Below, one piece after another: positions 16,008 to 25,914 of a stretch of DNA of 57,199 nt. The stretch is taken from the IMG/VR virus record IMGVR_UViG_3300030090_002105, positions 1 to 57,199 of that record. One strand, written 5' to 3'. Within the stretch, counting starts at the first letter, position 1; every line of letters starts with the position of its first letter. A model generated the notes under the pieces. The model was given only the letters and a program-made list of their open reading frames with translations. It ran no database searches and had not been told where the DNA came from. A program made the position numbers and the translations under genes. Origin of the DNA: a virus. Taxonomy: Duplodnaviria > Caudoviricetes.

Positions 16008-16505
16008 ATGAATATTTTTTTCTTACATACTGACCCTGCTGTATCTGCTGTGTGCCAAGTCAACAAGCACATAGTCAAGATGCCGTTGGAAACTGCACAG
16101 ATATTGTGCACAGCACACAGGCACCTGGACGGTGACGGCTACGCAGATCAGCACGATTTGTACAAGGTTGCACACCTAAATCACCCCTCTACAGTGTGGG
16201 CACGGTCCTCAAAATCACACTATGAGTGGTTAATTTCCCATTTTGAGGCGCTACTTGCTGAGAAATTGCGCCGATATCCCCACAGACCACCGCATAAATC
16301 AGGTGAATTGCTTGATGCACTGCGTAAAGTGCCAGATAATATGCCTGATGACGGCTTTATCCCGCCTCCTCAATGTATGCCTGACGAGTACAAGCACAGT
16401 GATACAGTGCAAGCGTACAGAAATTACTACTGTGGTGGCAAAGCACACATTGCATCTTGGAAGTGGCCTGCAACCAGGCCTGACTGGTTCAAGGTGCAGA
16501 TATAG
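16008..16505 (+). CDS. denV: Pyrimidine-dimer DNA glycosylase/endonuclease V family protein
   Basis: MNIFFL..DP...KHIVKMPLETAQIL...HLNHPSTVWAR...PQCMPDEYK...VQAYRNYY. Confidence 0.8.
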   Translation: MNIFFLHTDPAVSAVCQVNKHIVKMPLETAQILCTAHRHLDGDGYADQHDLYKVAHLNHPSTVWARSSKSHYEWLISHFEALLAEKLRRYPHRPPHKSGELLDALRKVPDNMPDDGFIPPPQCMPDEYKHSDTVQAYRNYYCGGKAHIASWKWPATRPDWFKVQI

Positions 16506-16527
16506 AATTTAGCAGAGGAACGCAAGA

Positions 16528-16872
16528 ATGTATCGTAAATATCCTAAACGTGAATACAAACCATTTGAATCTCACAGTTGTAAACTTAATGAAGATCAAA
16601 TTGAAGAGATATATATTGAACTAAGAGAAGGAACTATGTTTGATGATATAGCAAAAATGTTTAATGTATCCAGGCAGACTATAACAAATGTAAACTTTGG
16701 AAAGAGTTATAGAATTGATGGCATGAGATATCCTATTGTAGTTAGAAAAGGATATTCACATGGTAAAAAATTGAAGGCTTTCAAAGATCCTCCTTTGTAC
16801 AGTGAGTTCTGGGATACTTATGAACCAGAGCCTGAGTTATATTGGCCTAAACAAAAGATATTCACATGGTAA
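16528..16872 (+). CDS. HTH DNA-binding protein
   Basis: KLNEDQIEEIY...DIAKMFNVSRQTITNV. Confidence 0.6.
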   Translation: MYRKYPKREYKPFESHSCKLNEDQIEEIYIELREGTMFDDIAKMFNVSRQTITNVNFGKSYRIDGMRYPIVVRKGYSHGKKLKAFKDPPLYSEFWDTYEPEPELYWPKQKIFTW

Positions 16873-16893
16873 AAATTGACAGGAGAGTAATGC

Positions 16894-17127
16894 ATGACCA
16901 GATCAGTAAGAAAAACATTTATAATTGCGTCAACCAAAAGCCAATCTGAAAAGAAGGACAAGGTATCCAACCATAAACGAGAAAGACGAGCGGTAAAACA
17001 GGCTATTGATCGCGGTGATGATTTGATGCCTCACTATAAAGAGGTATCTAATCCCTGGAATATGAGTAAAGATGGAAGGTTTTACTTTGGTAATACTCCA
17101 GAGTTTCATCACTTCAAAAGAAAGTAA
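16894..17127 (+). CDS. Basic hypothetical protein
   Basis: AGGAG SD; SEKKDK...HKRERR...NPWNMSKDG. Confidence 0.6.
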   Translation: MTRSVRKTFIIASTKSQSEKKDKVSNHKRERRAVKQAIDRGDDLMPHYKEVSNPWNMSKDGRFYFGNTPEFHHFKRK

Positions 17128-17195
17128 GGTTTAAATTCCGTGACACTCACGGAGTGGTAACGCACCTACCTTATGGTGCAAACGAGGAACTGTAA

Positions 17196-17417
17196 ATGGT
17201 ATTTACTTTTCAAAACAAGGTGTTTCATGGGCACAATGCCGAGGTAATCAAGAAGTTTGCCGGGGTAGTGCAGGAAATGGATAGAAAGGATGCTATCAAA
17301 GCCAAGTACACCGGTAAAAGAGAGGTTTTAATGACGCATGAGCAGTTAGAAGAGCAGGCGCAGTATCTTGTAGATGCAAACAAAACCTGGGAGGACATCA
17401 AAAATGAGTGTGTATGA
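17196..17417 (+). CDS. Hypothetical protein
   Basis: GAGGA SD preceded by two hairpins. Confidence 0.6.
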   Translation: MVFTFQNKVFHGHNAEVIKKFAGVVQEMDRKDAIKAKYTGKREVLMTHEQLEEQAQYLVDANKTWEDIKNECV

Positions 17418-17619
17418 TGATGAAGATATTGTTATCTCATTTGATGACCTTATAAGTAGTGCTATGCCAGTGAAAGAGACGCATGATGGGAAAGAGGTTA
17501 CAGTCTATCGACTAGGCCCTGATGATCGTAGCCCCCACATATCATGCAACGTAGCGAAGGATAAGTGCGCTTCATTGCTTGTCATCGCATCCTATGGGCC
17601 TTCATTTTCAATACACTGA
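17404..17619 (+). CDS. Hypothetical protein
   Basis: GGAGG SD before the ATG at 17404 (within ORF 17374-17619). Confidence 0.5.
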   Translation: MSVYDDEDIVISFDDLISSAMPVKETHDGKEVTVYRLGPDDRSPHISCNVAKDKCASLLVIASYGPSFSIH

Positions 17620-17628
17620 GGATATATT

Positions 17629-18642
17629 ATGTCTGAAGTTACTATTACACCTAGTCAGATACCAGAAATACTGGATGTTGCCACTGGTCTTGGTATATCA
17701 TGCTTGTTCTCTGGTGAGTCAGGAATTGGCAAGACTGAGGCTGTCACCAAGTATGGTATGGAGAAGTACGGCGCGGTGAAAGATGTGCGATTATCTCAAC
17801 TTGATCCAGTAGACTTGAGTGGTGTGCCTACTGTTCGCGATGGGTTCACTGAGTTTGCCATACCATCTATGTTGCCTAACGTAGATCGTGATGGTGAACA
17901 GGGTCTATTCATTCTTGATGAGTTTGGTGATGGGTCGCAAGCAACTATCACTGCATCTCAACAGTTGATTCTTGAGAAGAGGGTTGGGAGTTACGTATTC
18001 CCAGAGGGTTGGCACATCGTAGCCATGATGAATAAGAAGGAACACGGTGGAGTTAATCGTGGACTTTCTTATGCTCTGCAAAACAGGTTCATGCACTACA
18101 TGGTTACGCTCGATGTTTCTGAATTGCTCAGTCACTTCACAGCCAAAGGTGTTGACCCAATGGTTACATCGTTCCTTAAAACTCACGCTCACCTGGCTCA
18201 TAAGCGCCCTGATAAGGGTGGATCATGGGCATGGTGCTCGCCTAGACAGTGGGAAAAGTTATCTCAAGTCAGAGGCACTAGCCCATCTAGTTCTATCAAG
18301 TTCCAACTGTACTCTGGATTGGTAGGCGAGGGTGCTGCTGCTGAGTTCGTTAGCCATGAGGAGGTAGCAGATCAGGTTCCTGATCCAGAACAGGTAATCA
18401 AAGAGCCTAAGAAAGCAATGGTTCCTGAGAATCCTAGTGCTCAATATGCTATCGCTTACTCTCTTGCTTACTGGATGAAGCCTGATAACATGAAGAACAT
18501 CATGGCTTATCTTGATAGGTTGCCTGCTGAGTATGCTGTAACAAGTATAACTGAGGCCAGGAAGATTACTCCTGAGATTGCAGAGACAGAGGAGTTTACT
18601 GATTGGGCTAACCATAATATGGATGTATTACTTGGCGGATAA
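17629..18642 (+). CDS. MoxR-like AAA+ ATPase
   Basis: Walker A GESGIGKT, RLSQLDPVDLSGVP, Walker B FILDE, ALQNRFMH, SPRQWE. Confidence 0.85.
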   Translation: MSEVTITPSQIPEILDVATGLGISCLFSGESGIGKTEAVTKYGMEKYGAVKDVRLSQLDPVDLSGVPTVRDGFTEFAIPSMLPNVDRDGEQGLFILDEFGDGSQATITASQQLILEKRVGSYVFPEGWHIVAMMNKKEHGGVNRGLSYALQNRFMHYMVTLDVSELLSHFTAKGVDPMVTSFLKTHAHLAHKRPDKGGSWAWCSPRQWEKLSQVRGTSPSSSIKFQLYSGLVGEGAAAEFVSHEEVADQVPDPEQVIKEPKKAMVPENPSAQYAIAYSLAYWMKPDNMKNIMAYLDRLPAEYAVTSITEARKITPEIAETEEFTDWANHNMDVLLGG

Positions 18643-18654
18643 ATAGGAGGCACA

Positions 18655-19584
18655 ATGCCATTATCTAAGAAAGGTATGCTGTTAAGTGTATCGTTGTCTA
18701 TCCCTTCCGGACGTAAGGTAGACAGAGATATATCGGAGAAAGTTGCCAGTGATTACAATGTGAAGGGAGGTAGTCGTGACTCTGGTAACTTTAACAAGAT
18801 TACAATCTCATCTAAGTATCTTCAGCCATTTAGGAATATCAAATCCAAGATGGTTGAAGCACCAAACTCAACAATTAAAACCATGACGTTACCGTGGTTG
18901 CATGAGAGTGGTGGTGTATTTATCTTACCGAACAAGAAAATCCTGGATTTTGCAAAGGTTTGGCGCAATCAGAAATCTTTGTGGGATTCTGAGGTACAAG
19001 CCTTAAAGAATGGCAAGTATCAGGAGGCTCTTGATGAGGCAGAGATCAGACTCAACAAGAAGGGTGGTATGTTTGATGCATCAGACTATCCAACAGTTGA
19101 GGAGTTCACTGATAGATTCAAGATGGAGCAGTACCTCAGACCTATTCCAGAGGAACACAACATGGATTTGAGGGCTTCAGTTGGTGAACTTGAGGCTGAA
19201 CGGATACGCAAAGAGGTGCATGATAGCGTAGCCAAGAGCATGGAAAAGATGAAGGAACTACTCACTCATAGGATTGAGAGTGAGATGCATGGCCTCAAAA
19301 ATATACTATCATCTGACAGGGTGACAGTGTATGATACCAGGATGGAATCACTTAGGAATCTAATCGACTCAATTAGTGGATTGAATTTTACTGATGACAC
19401 TTTTTTGACAGATTTAGAAACCTATATGAAAGAGAATCTGTATCTCTATGCTCATGACTTGAGAGGTAATGAGACAAAACAGAAGGAGGCTTATCGACAT
19501 ATCAATAAGGTGATAGGTTATATTTGTAGCGAAGAAACCTTTGATCAAACGATGTCTAAACTGGACGGAACATATGGATATTGA
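18655..19584 (+). CDS. Helical protein (DUF3150-like) of the AAA/VWA module
   Basis: TLPW...G.FILP and F...DYP motifs; lies between the AAA and VWA genes. Confidence 0.55.
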   Translation: MPLSKKGMLLSVSLSIPSGRKVDRDISEKVASDYNVKGGSRDSGNFNKITISSKYLQPFRNIKSKMVEAPNSTIKTMTLPWLHESGGVFILPNKKILDFAKVWRNQKSLWDSEVQALKNGKYQEALDEAEIRLNKKGGMFDASDYPTVEEFTDRFKMEQYLRPIPEEHNMDLRASVGELEAERIRKEVHDSVAKSMEKMKELLTHRIESEMHGLKNILSSDRVTVYDTRMESLRNLIDSISGLNFTDDTFLTDLETYMKENLYLYAHDLRGNETKQKEAYRHINKVIGYICSEETFDQTMSKLDGTYGY

Positions 19585-20698
19585 ACGTAAGTTACAGATA
19601 GCAAGAGCGCAATGCTTGATGGACTTCCCATTCTTTGGGCATTTGCTTTTGTCTATGCCAATCAAAGAGGACAATAGTATTTCTACGTTTGCTGTTGATG
19701 GTAAGTTTATCTACTATAATGGTGAGTTTATCCAGACTTTAGGAATGGATGACCTCAAGTTTGTTTTAATGCATGAGACTATGCATCCTGCTTTCTTTCA
19801 TCTAACAAGACGGGGCGCTCGTGACCATACCATATGGAATATGGCAGGTGATTATGTTATCAATCGGTTGCTTGTTGATGAGGGAATGAAACCTCCTGCT
19901 GATGTTCTTCTTGATAAGAAGTATGATAAGACTTGGAATACTGACATGGTGTATGATGATCTTATTAAGAACGCAAAGCGGATCACTATTAAAGGTCTTG
20001 GTGATATGCCATGCACTGGGTATTTTCAAGATGGTGAAAGTCAGAGCGAGGCAGACAAGTCAGAGACTGAGAACAAGTGGAAGACTAAAATTATTGCAGC
20101 AGCAAATGCTTGCAGTAAGAAAAGAGGTACTATCCCAGGTCACTTCAAAGAACTAATCAATGAGATACGCAATCCAAAGGTAGACTGGAGAGATAAGTTA
20201 TATGCTCTTGCTACTGAACCAATGAGGGATGAACATTCATGGAGACGCCCCAATCGTAGGTTCATAGGCAAGGATTTATATCTTCCATCCATAACAAAGA
20301 TTGATGGACTGCGGAAAATTATCTTTGCGGTTGACACAAGTGGATCAATGAATACTGATCTATTGATTGAGGCTTGGTCTGAGATAGTATCAGTAGTGGA
20401 GGACTGTGATGTCGATGAGCTTATCATTATGGATGTGGATACTGACGTTAATCATATACGAAGGTTCTCAAAGGATGATCTACCTGATGCACTAGAGGTA
20501 GTTGGTAGAGGTGGTACAGCCTTTGAGCCTGCGTTTGATTGGGTCATTGAGAACGATGAGGACCCAGCCGTGCTAATATATTTCACAGATTTGTATGGTT
20601 CGTTTCCTCAGTATGAACCAGATTACCCAGTGATATGGGTAAACTATGGTATGAAGGATACTCTGTGTCCTTTCGGTGAAGTAATAACTATTGAATAG
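19574..20698 (+). CDS. Putative metallopeptidase + VWA domain protein (DUF2201-like)
   Basis: PFFG...TFAVDG...HETMH...WNMAGDYVIN; MIDAS-like VDTSGSM, GRGGT, IYFTD. Likely start 19574. Confidence 0.82.
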   Translation: MDIERKLQIARAQCLMDFPFFGHLLLSMPIKEDNSISTFAVDGKFIYYNGEFIQTLGMDDLKFVLMHETMHPAFFHLTRRGARDHTIWNMAGDYVINRLLVDEGMKPPADVLLDKKYDKTWNTDMVYDDLIKNAKRITIKGLGDMPCTGYFQDGESQSEADKSETENKWKTKIIAAANACSKKRGTIPGHFKELINEIRNPKVDWRDKLYALATEPMRDEHSWRRPNRRFIGKDLYLPSITKIDGLRKIIFAVDTSGSMNTDLLIEAWSEIVSVVEDCDVDELIIMDVDTDVNHIRRFSKDDLPDALEVVGRGGTAFEPAFDWVIENDEDPAVLIYFTDLYGSFPQYEPDYPVIWVNYGMKDTLCPFGEVITIE

Positions 20699-20707
20699 GG
20701 GAATAAT

Positions 20708-21586
20708 ATGTCTTTAATGCATGATGATTATAGGTATTCTACTTTTAGCACTGGCCTGGATGGTGTCAAAAAACACTACGATTATGAGATTCAGATAGCA
20801 AGACTTGAGCATGAGAACTTCTTTATTATTAGAGAGGATGATGGGTATGCTTTCAAGGCTGATATGCAGAGCAGGAATTATCATGACAATGCTCCGGAAG
20901 AAGATGATCCAAGATCAGCGCAGACTCAGATAAAATACTATGATGATGGGGATATTGAGGTAGATTTTTCTATGTCCAGAGGCGGAAGGCATTGGGTATA
21001 TAACCTACACAAACAGATTCTATCTGTGCTGCCACCTAATATTCACTATTATGATTGTCGAGATAAAAGATATTTTATCTATGATAAGGATGAGTCTGAT
21101 GTTAGGCGCACTAATTATGAAGTGAGTAAAGTGTTTGAAAAGAAAGATGATATCATCAGGTTCTGTAAGAATGGTGATGTTAAGGGTGCTAAAGAGATAA
21201 AGCGAGGCGATAAAAAGTTCGCTGAAGATAAGCCGATTAAGGATCAGTTGGAATCAAAGCACGTTAAAGAGATGACTAAAGCCAGACTGGATAGTGATTT
21301 TCTTATTGAGTATAACCAACTGTATGCTACCTTTAGGGGTATAAAAACAGGGCTTTACCATATGGCTTTAGAGATGTTTAGACCATCTGAGTTGCAGGCT
21401 TATGGTGCTGCTCCAAACTCTGGCATGATTCGTAGACTGCACGTTGCCAGGTTTATTAGAAGCCCGGAAGAATTGGTTAAATCAGAGAAGTTAGCACTAA
21501 GTATTGTTGGTGATATTCCAGCCAGTTGTTTTGGGCCTAACCTAGCAAGGATGAAAGAGAGACATGACACAAACGCAAATGTTTGA
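20708..21586 (+). CDS. Hypothetical protein
   Basis: 292-aa ORF, packed in the operon. Confidence 0.65.
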   Translation: MSLMHDDYRYSTFSTGLDGVKKHYDYEIQIARLEHENFFIIREDDGYAFKADMQSRNYHDNAPEEDDPRSAQTQIKYYDDGDIEVDFSMSRGGRHWVYNLHKQILSVLPPNIHYYDCRDKRYFIYDKDESDVRRTNYEVSKVFEKKDDIIRFCKNGDVKGAKEIKRGDKKFAEDKPIKDQLESKHVKEMTKARLDSDFLIEYNQLYATFRGIKTGLYHMALEMFRPSELQAYGAAPNSGMIRRLHVARFIRSPEELVKSEKLALSIVGDIPASCFGPNLARMKERHDTNANV

Positions 21587-21785
21587 TAACTCAGTACAAC
21601 TTACTGATGAGGATCATGATATACTTATGTTCTTACTGGATGAAACATCATGTAGTATTGATGATGGTAAAGATGATACGATTATGAATGATATGACCCG
21701 CCTAAGAATGAGAGGGTTCGATGTTATTCAGTCGTATGGTATAATGGAAAAAACAGATAACAATCCTTTTGGAGGTTCAATATGA
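21564..21785 (+). CDS. Hypothetical protein
   Basis: Packed + strand ORF. Confidence 0.5.
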   Translation: MTQTQMFDNSVQLTDEDHDILMFLLDETSCSIDDGKDDTIMNDMTRLRMRGFDVIQSYGIMEKTDNNPFGGSI

Positions 21786-21973
21786 GTAACGCTAATTTAG
21801 ATGGGTACAATTATGCTTGGAGAAAATCAACTCTTAAGTCTGATATAGACAAAAGATTAGATAATCTACAAGATAATCTTGATGAACTAACAGACCAAGT
21901 TAATGTTCTTGATGATCAATTATCTTATCTAATTAAAAGTGTAGAAGATATTGTTGCTATGACAAGCCATTGA
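21782..21973 (+). CDS. Small coiled-coil protein
   Basis: GGAGG SD, heptad pattern. Confidence 0.55.
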   Translation: MSNANLDGYNYAWRKSTLKSDIDKRLDNLQDNLDELTDQVNVLDDQLSYLIKSVEDIVAMTSH

Positions 21974-21976
21974 GTA

Positions 21977-21985
21977 TGTTATAAT
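21977..21985 (+). promoter_or_regulatory. Candidate extended -10 promoter for the replication genes
   Basis: TGTTATAAT in a short intergenic gap before AGGAG and ATG 22004. Confidence 0.4.
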
Positions 21986-22003
21986 ATATATAGGAGAAAT
22001 TAA

Positions 22004-22255
22004 ATGTCTTTAGATTTAGAGTACATTGATAAACATGATTTGTATAAAGGTTTATTGTTGAGTGTTGAGCATGATGAAAATTCTTGTATTCTTTTATCGC
22101 AAGATAAGGCTGAAATATATCTTACTTGGGAAGAAGCCAATGCATTGGTATCTGTTATAATTGCTCATAGAGAAATGATGGATGCTAAGGAAAGGTTAGG
22201 AAGAATTCCTGCGATGACACCACCTGGGGTAGAGCGTCCAGAAGATGTTCATTAA
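22004..22255 (+). CDS. Hypothetical protein
   Basis: AGGAG SD. Confidence 0.6.
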   Translation: MSLDLEYIDKHDLYKGLLLSVEHDENSCILLSQDKAEIYLTWEEANALVSVIIAHREMMDAKERLGRIPAMTPPGVERPEDVH

Positions 22256-22466
22256 ATGGGGAAAGGGATCAGCCTTTATGTTTGGTAGAATAGAAGGGGA
22301 TGACACTCATAGAGTGGAGAGAAACCGTACCGCTGATGGTAAGAGATGGAAGTTCATGGTATCAGACAGCATCACATATAGATATGTAGATGATAGAGAA
22401 TTTCATACCAAAGAAGAACTTGAATCAGCAGTATGTGAATGGATAAGAAACAGGAAAAAGAAATGA
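22245..22466 (+). CDS. Hypothetical protein
   Basis: Overlaps both neighbours. Confidence 0.55.
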   Translation: MFIKWGKGSAFMFGRIEGDDTHRVERNRTADGKRWKFMVSDSITYRYVDDREFHTKEELESAVCEWIRNRKKK

Positions 22467-24226
22467 AAACATTTAGTGATTTTGGTATAAAGATACCGGC
22501 TCGTAGCACAGCTGGCCAGGTAAATACACAATGTCCAGAATGTTCTTCTCAACGTAGGAAGAAGAAAGCACCTTGCTTGTCTGTAAATGTAGATGAAGGT
22601 GTGTGGTTATGCCATCACTGTGGTTGGTCAGGAACGCTTAGCAATGGAACCAATGGTAACAATGTATCACTGCATTGGAGGAAGCCTAAGTTCACTAAGC
22701 CTGATCCACTACCTATTACTGCGCTTAGCCCTGAAGTTGTTAAATGGTTTTCAGATAGAGGAATAAGTGAAACAACTCTAGAAGAAACCAAGATCAATGA
22801 GCGTAAAGTTTATATGCCACAGATAGAGGCGTTGTCTAACTCTATTGCTTTTCCATATTACAAGAATGGTGAGTTAATAAACGTAAAGTATAGAGATGCA
22901 AAGAAGAACTTTCGTTTAGAGGCGGGAGCACAGCGTGGATTCTATGGCATTGATGACATTGAAGGTAATGATATACATTGTGTTATTGTTGAGGGGGAGA
23001 TAGATAAGTTGTCATTATGGGAGGCAGGGATTAGAACTTGTGTTAGTGTGCCAGATGGAGCACCACCTGTTAACAGTTCTGATTACTCCTCTAAGTTTGA
23101 TTACTTAAATGATCCGTGGCTACACTCAGAGAAGTTTAATAATGTTTCAAGGTTTGTTATTGCTGTTGATAACGATGAGCCAGGAGCAAAACTAGAGAAT
23201 GAATTATCCCGCAGACTAGGCAAGGATAAATGTTATAGAGTAGTGTGGCCTGAAGGATGCAAAGATGCTAACGATGTGTTGGTTAAGTATGGTAAGACTG
23301 TATTGTCTGAATGCATTGAGCATGCTAAGCCATATCCAATCATGGGAACTTACGATGCTACTCATATGTCAGACTCTATTGATAGGCTTTATGAGGGAGA
23401 CATTGAGAAGGGTGTAAGCACAGGTTGGAAGACTGTTGACCCATACTATTTAGTTAGACCAGGTGCATTCACAGTAGTAACAGGTATACCCAGTAGTGGT
23501 AAATCAAATTGGTTAGATGCAATGATGGTAAATGTAGCAAAGAATCAGGGCTGGAACTTCGCTATCTTTTCTCCAGAGAATCAACCACTTGAGGATCATA
23601 TGGCTAGGGTGCTAGAGAAATATGTTGGTCATCCTTTCTTCGATGGGCCTACACCATGCATGACTAAGGAAGAACTGGAAGATGGCAAGCAGTGGCTGAC
23701 CAAACACTTCACTTGGATTCTACCTGACGATGATAAGGAGTGGTCTATTGATGTTATTTTAGATGCTGCAAAAAGGTTGGTGCTTACAAAGGGTATCCGT
23801 GGTCTTGTTATTGACCCGTGGAATGAGCTTGAACACTTGCGTAGAGATGGCCAGTCTGAGACAGAATATATTTCTGTAGCACTAAAGAGGGTACGTCAAT
23901 TTGCTAGAAAGTATGGTATACATTTGTGGATTGTTGCCCATCCTGCCAAGTTATATCGTGATAAGAATGGAAAGATTCCTATCCCAACTCCATATGATAT
24001 CAGTGGCTCTGCTAGATGGAGGGATAAGTCTGATAACTGTATCACCGTATGGAGGGACCTATCTGCTGAAGGAGGTAGCATCATTGAGATTCATGTCCAA
24101 AAGGTTAGGTTCAAGCAGGATGGTAAAATAGGTGTTGGGGAATTAACTTACAACTGGAGAACTGGAACATATCACTTGCCATATAATGCTGCAAGAGAAG
24201 TTCCACCAATAGTATTAAATGGATAA
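22463..24226 (+). CDS. Bifunctional primase-helicase (T7 gp4/Twinkle-like)
   Basis: Zn finger CPEC...CHHC, TOPRIM VEGEIDKLS / DNDEPG / KDAND, Walker A GIPSSGKS, VIDPWN, VAHP, YDISGSA. The ATGA overlap suggests start 22463. Confidence 0.92.
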   Translation: MKTFSDFGIKIPARSTAGQVNTQCPECSSQRRKKKAPCLSVNVDEGVWLCHHCGWSGTLSNGTNGNNVSLHWRKPKFTKPDPLPITALSPEVVKWFSDRGISETTLEETKINERKVYMPQIEALSNSIAFPYYKNGELINVKYRDAKKNFRLEAGAQRGFYGIDDIEGNDIHCVIVEGEIDKLSLWEAGIRTCVSVPDGAPPVNSSDYSSKFDYLNDPWLHSEKFNNVSRFVIAVDNDEPGAKLENELSRRLGKDKCYRVVWPEGCKDANDVLVKYGKTVLSECIEHAKPYPIMGTYDATHMSDSIDRLYEGDIEKGVSTGWKTVDPYYLVRPGAFTVVTGIPSSGKSNWLDAMMVNVAKNQGWNFAIFSPENQPLEDHMARVLEKYVGHPFFDGPTPCMTKEELEDGKQWLTKHFTWILPDDDKEWSIDVILDAAKRLVLTKGIRGLVIDPWNELEHLRRDGQSETEYISVALKRVRQFARKYGIHLWIVAHPAKLYRDKNGKIPIPTPYDISGSARWRDKSDNCITVWRDLSAEGGSIIEIHVQKVRFKQDGKIGVGELTYNWRTGTYHLPYNAAREVPPIVLNG

Positions 24227-24530
24227 GACATGGAAAAAGTTTGAGCGTTGGGTAGGTGAATTCCTTACTGAGTTAGGGGATAAATCTAATAGGGTTCCAA
24301 TCACAGGTAGGTCAAGAGGTAGTGCGCCAGATGTTACAAGTGATCGTCTATCTATTGAATGCAAGTATCGCAAGTCAATACCTGGATGGATCAAGGAAGC
24401 AATGGAGCAAGCGGTAGCATCATCCAGGGATGGTAAAGTTCCTGTAGTTTTTATAAAGGAAAATGGTGCGCCGTTTGATGATACACTTATAGTCTTTAGG
24501 GCTAAGGATTTTAGGGAGAAATTAAAATGA
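24219..24530 (+). CDS. PD-(D/E)xK nuclease, Holliday junction resolvase-like
   Basis: WKKFER...PDV...IECKYR...QA...PVV. Confidence 0.75.
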   Translation: MDKTWKKFERWVGEFLTELGDKSNRVPITGRSRGSAPDVTSDRLSIECKYRKSIPGWIKEAMEQAVASSRDGKVPVVFIKENGAPFDDTLIVFRAKDFREKLK

Positions 24531-24736
24531 AACGTGAATACTTTAATCTGGCAAGAGCGATAGCAAGTGAGGACCCTCCCTGTATTCCTTGTGTTGAATA
24601 CAAAAGGTGTGCAGAGAACAAACTTGCATGCGAATCATATGAAAACTATTACGAAACTGGAGAAATAATGGGTAGTAGGAAACCAAACAAAGTAATCTAT
24701 AGGGATATATTTGATGTCTGGTTTGGAAGCACTTAA
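24527..24736 (+). CDS. Small Cys-containing hypothetical protein
   Basis: PCIPC...RC...LACESY. Confidence 0.5.
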   Translation: MKREYFNLARAIASEDPPCIPCVEYKRCAENKLACESYENYYETGEIMGSRKPNKVIYRDIFDVWFGST

Positions 24737-25244
24737 ATATTTAACAATTAAATCTAGCTCTGTTCTTGAGTCTAGAGGTGGTCCACCTTGGGAGGATATC
24801 GCGGCTACTCTAGCAAGAGCAAGCGACATAGCAGCATCTTATGGTAGGTACAAGTATTGTCTTGAAAAGAAATGGCGCAACAAATTATTAAGGCCGTTGT
24901 TTGATGAAGCAATGAAACTTAAATGGAATAAAACAATAACGCCAGAAGATATATTTAATACAGTAAGTTTAGCATTAGATGAGATGACTAACCCGTCCAT
25001 ATGTCCTAAGTGTAACGGAAGAAAAGAAGTTATAATAATGGACAAACTATATAAGTGTGACTTATGTTTCGGCTTAGGAAGAAAGGCTATGTCTGACAGA
25101 ACAAGAGGTATTTATATAAAGAATGAAAGAAGTATATTTTATAGACATATTAAATATAATTATTTTAATAATATAATACCTATAATAGAAGAATGGGAGT
25201 TAGAACTACAAAGAGTATTTAATCCATACCGGAGAGTAAAGTGA
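24711..25244 (+). CDS. Antiterminator Q-like Zn-finger protein
   Basis: CPKCNG...CDLCFGLG Zn finger in a helical protein, next to nin-like genes as in lambdoid phages. Confidence 0.55.
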   Translation: MMSGLEALKYLTIKSSSVLESRGGPPWEDIAATLARASDIAASYGRYKYCLEKKWRNKLLRPLFDEAMKLKWNKTITPEDIFNTVSLALDEMTNPSICPKCNGRKEVIIMDKLYKCDLCFGLGRKAMSDRTRGIYIKNERSIFYRHIKYNYFNNIIPIIEEWELELQRVFNPYRRVK

Positions 25245-25507
25245 AGAACAAGAAGTACCTTCAGTGGGTAGCGGAACAACCATGTATATACTGCGGACAA
25301 GATTCACAGGCTCACCATCTTAGAGTCCAGGCTCTTGGTGCAGGAATGGGGAAGAAAGTTCCAGACTATTTCACATTACCGGTATGTTATAATTGCCATG
25401 CTGATTGTCACAATGGTACGATTGATAAAGAAACTCAGATGAGATGGTGCTTACAGACAATAGGCAGGGCATTTGAGTATGGTATAATAGAATGGAGGGA
25501 TAAATGA
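25241..25507 (+). CDS. DUF968/Ref-like HNH-type protein
   Basis: KYLQWVAEQPCIYCG...AHHL...GMGKK..D..TLPVC..CH...H. Confidence 0.7.
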   Translation: MKNKKYLQWVAEQPCIYCGQDSQAHHLRVQALGAGMGKKVPDYFTLPVCYNCHADCHNGTIDKETQMRWCLQTIGRAFEYGIIEWRDK

Positions 25508-25914
25508 AAACACAACGGTTCAAGTTATATGATATACATCAGAAGAATAGATGTGTTGATTACATAAAAGAACTAAAGAATAGTTCCAAAGAACCTTATG
25601 AAGTTCTGATAAGACCATATAACAAAAAGAACCAGAGGTCTATTGACCAGAACAATAGGTACTGGCACATTATTAGAGAGGCTGCAAATGAAATCGGGTA
25701 CACCGCTAACGAGTTGCACTCCATCATGTGTGTTCAAATCCTGGGGACTAACACAATAACAAACCTAGAAGGAGAGGCAGTAGAGGTAGCAGTACAAACA
25801 TCAGGGCTTAGCGTCGAGAAGTTTGCTGAGTATATGGAAAGAGTTGAATCTGTTTTGATTGAGGCTGGATTCTATAACCCAACAACCATGAGCAGGGAGG
25901 TCAATCAGTTATGA
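25504..25914 (+). CDS. NinB/YbcN-like recombination protein
   Basis: RSIDQNNRYW...IA...TSGLSVEKFAEYMERVE. Confidence 0.7.
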   Translation: MKTQRFKLYDIHQKNRCVDYIKELKNSSKEPYEVLIRPYNKKNQRSIDQNNRYWHIIREAANEIGYTANELHSIMCVQILGTNTITNLEGEAVEVAVQTSGLSVEKFAEYMERVESVLIEAGFYNPTTMSREVNQL

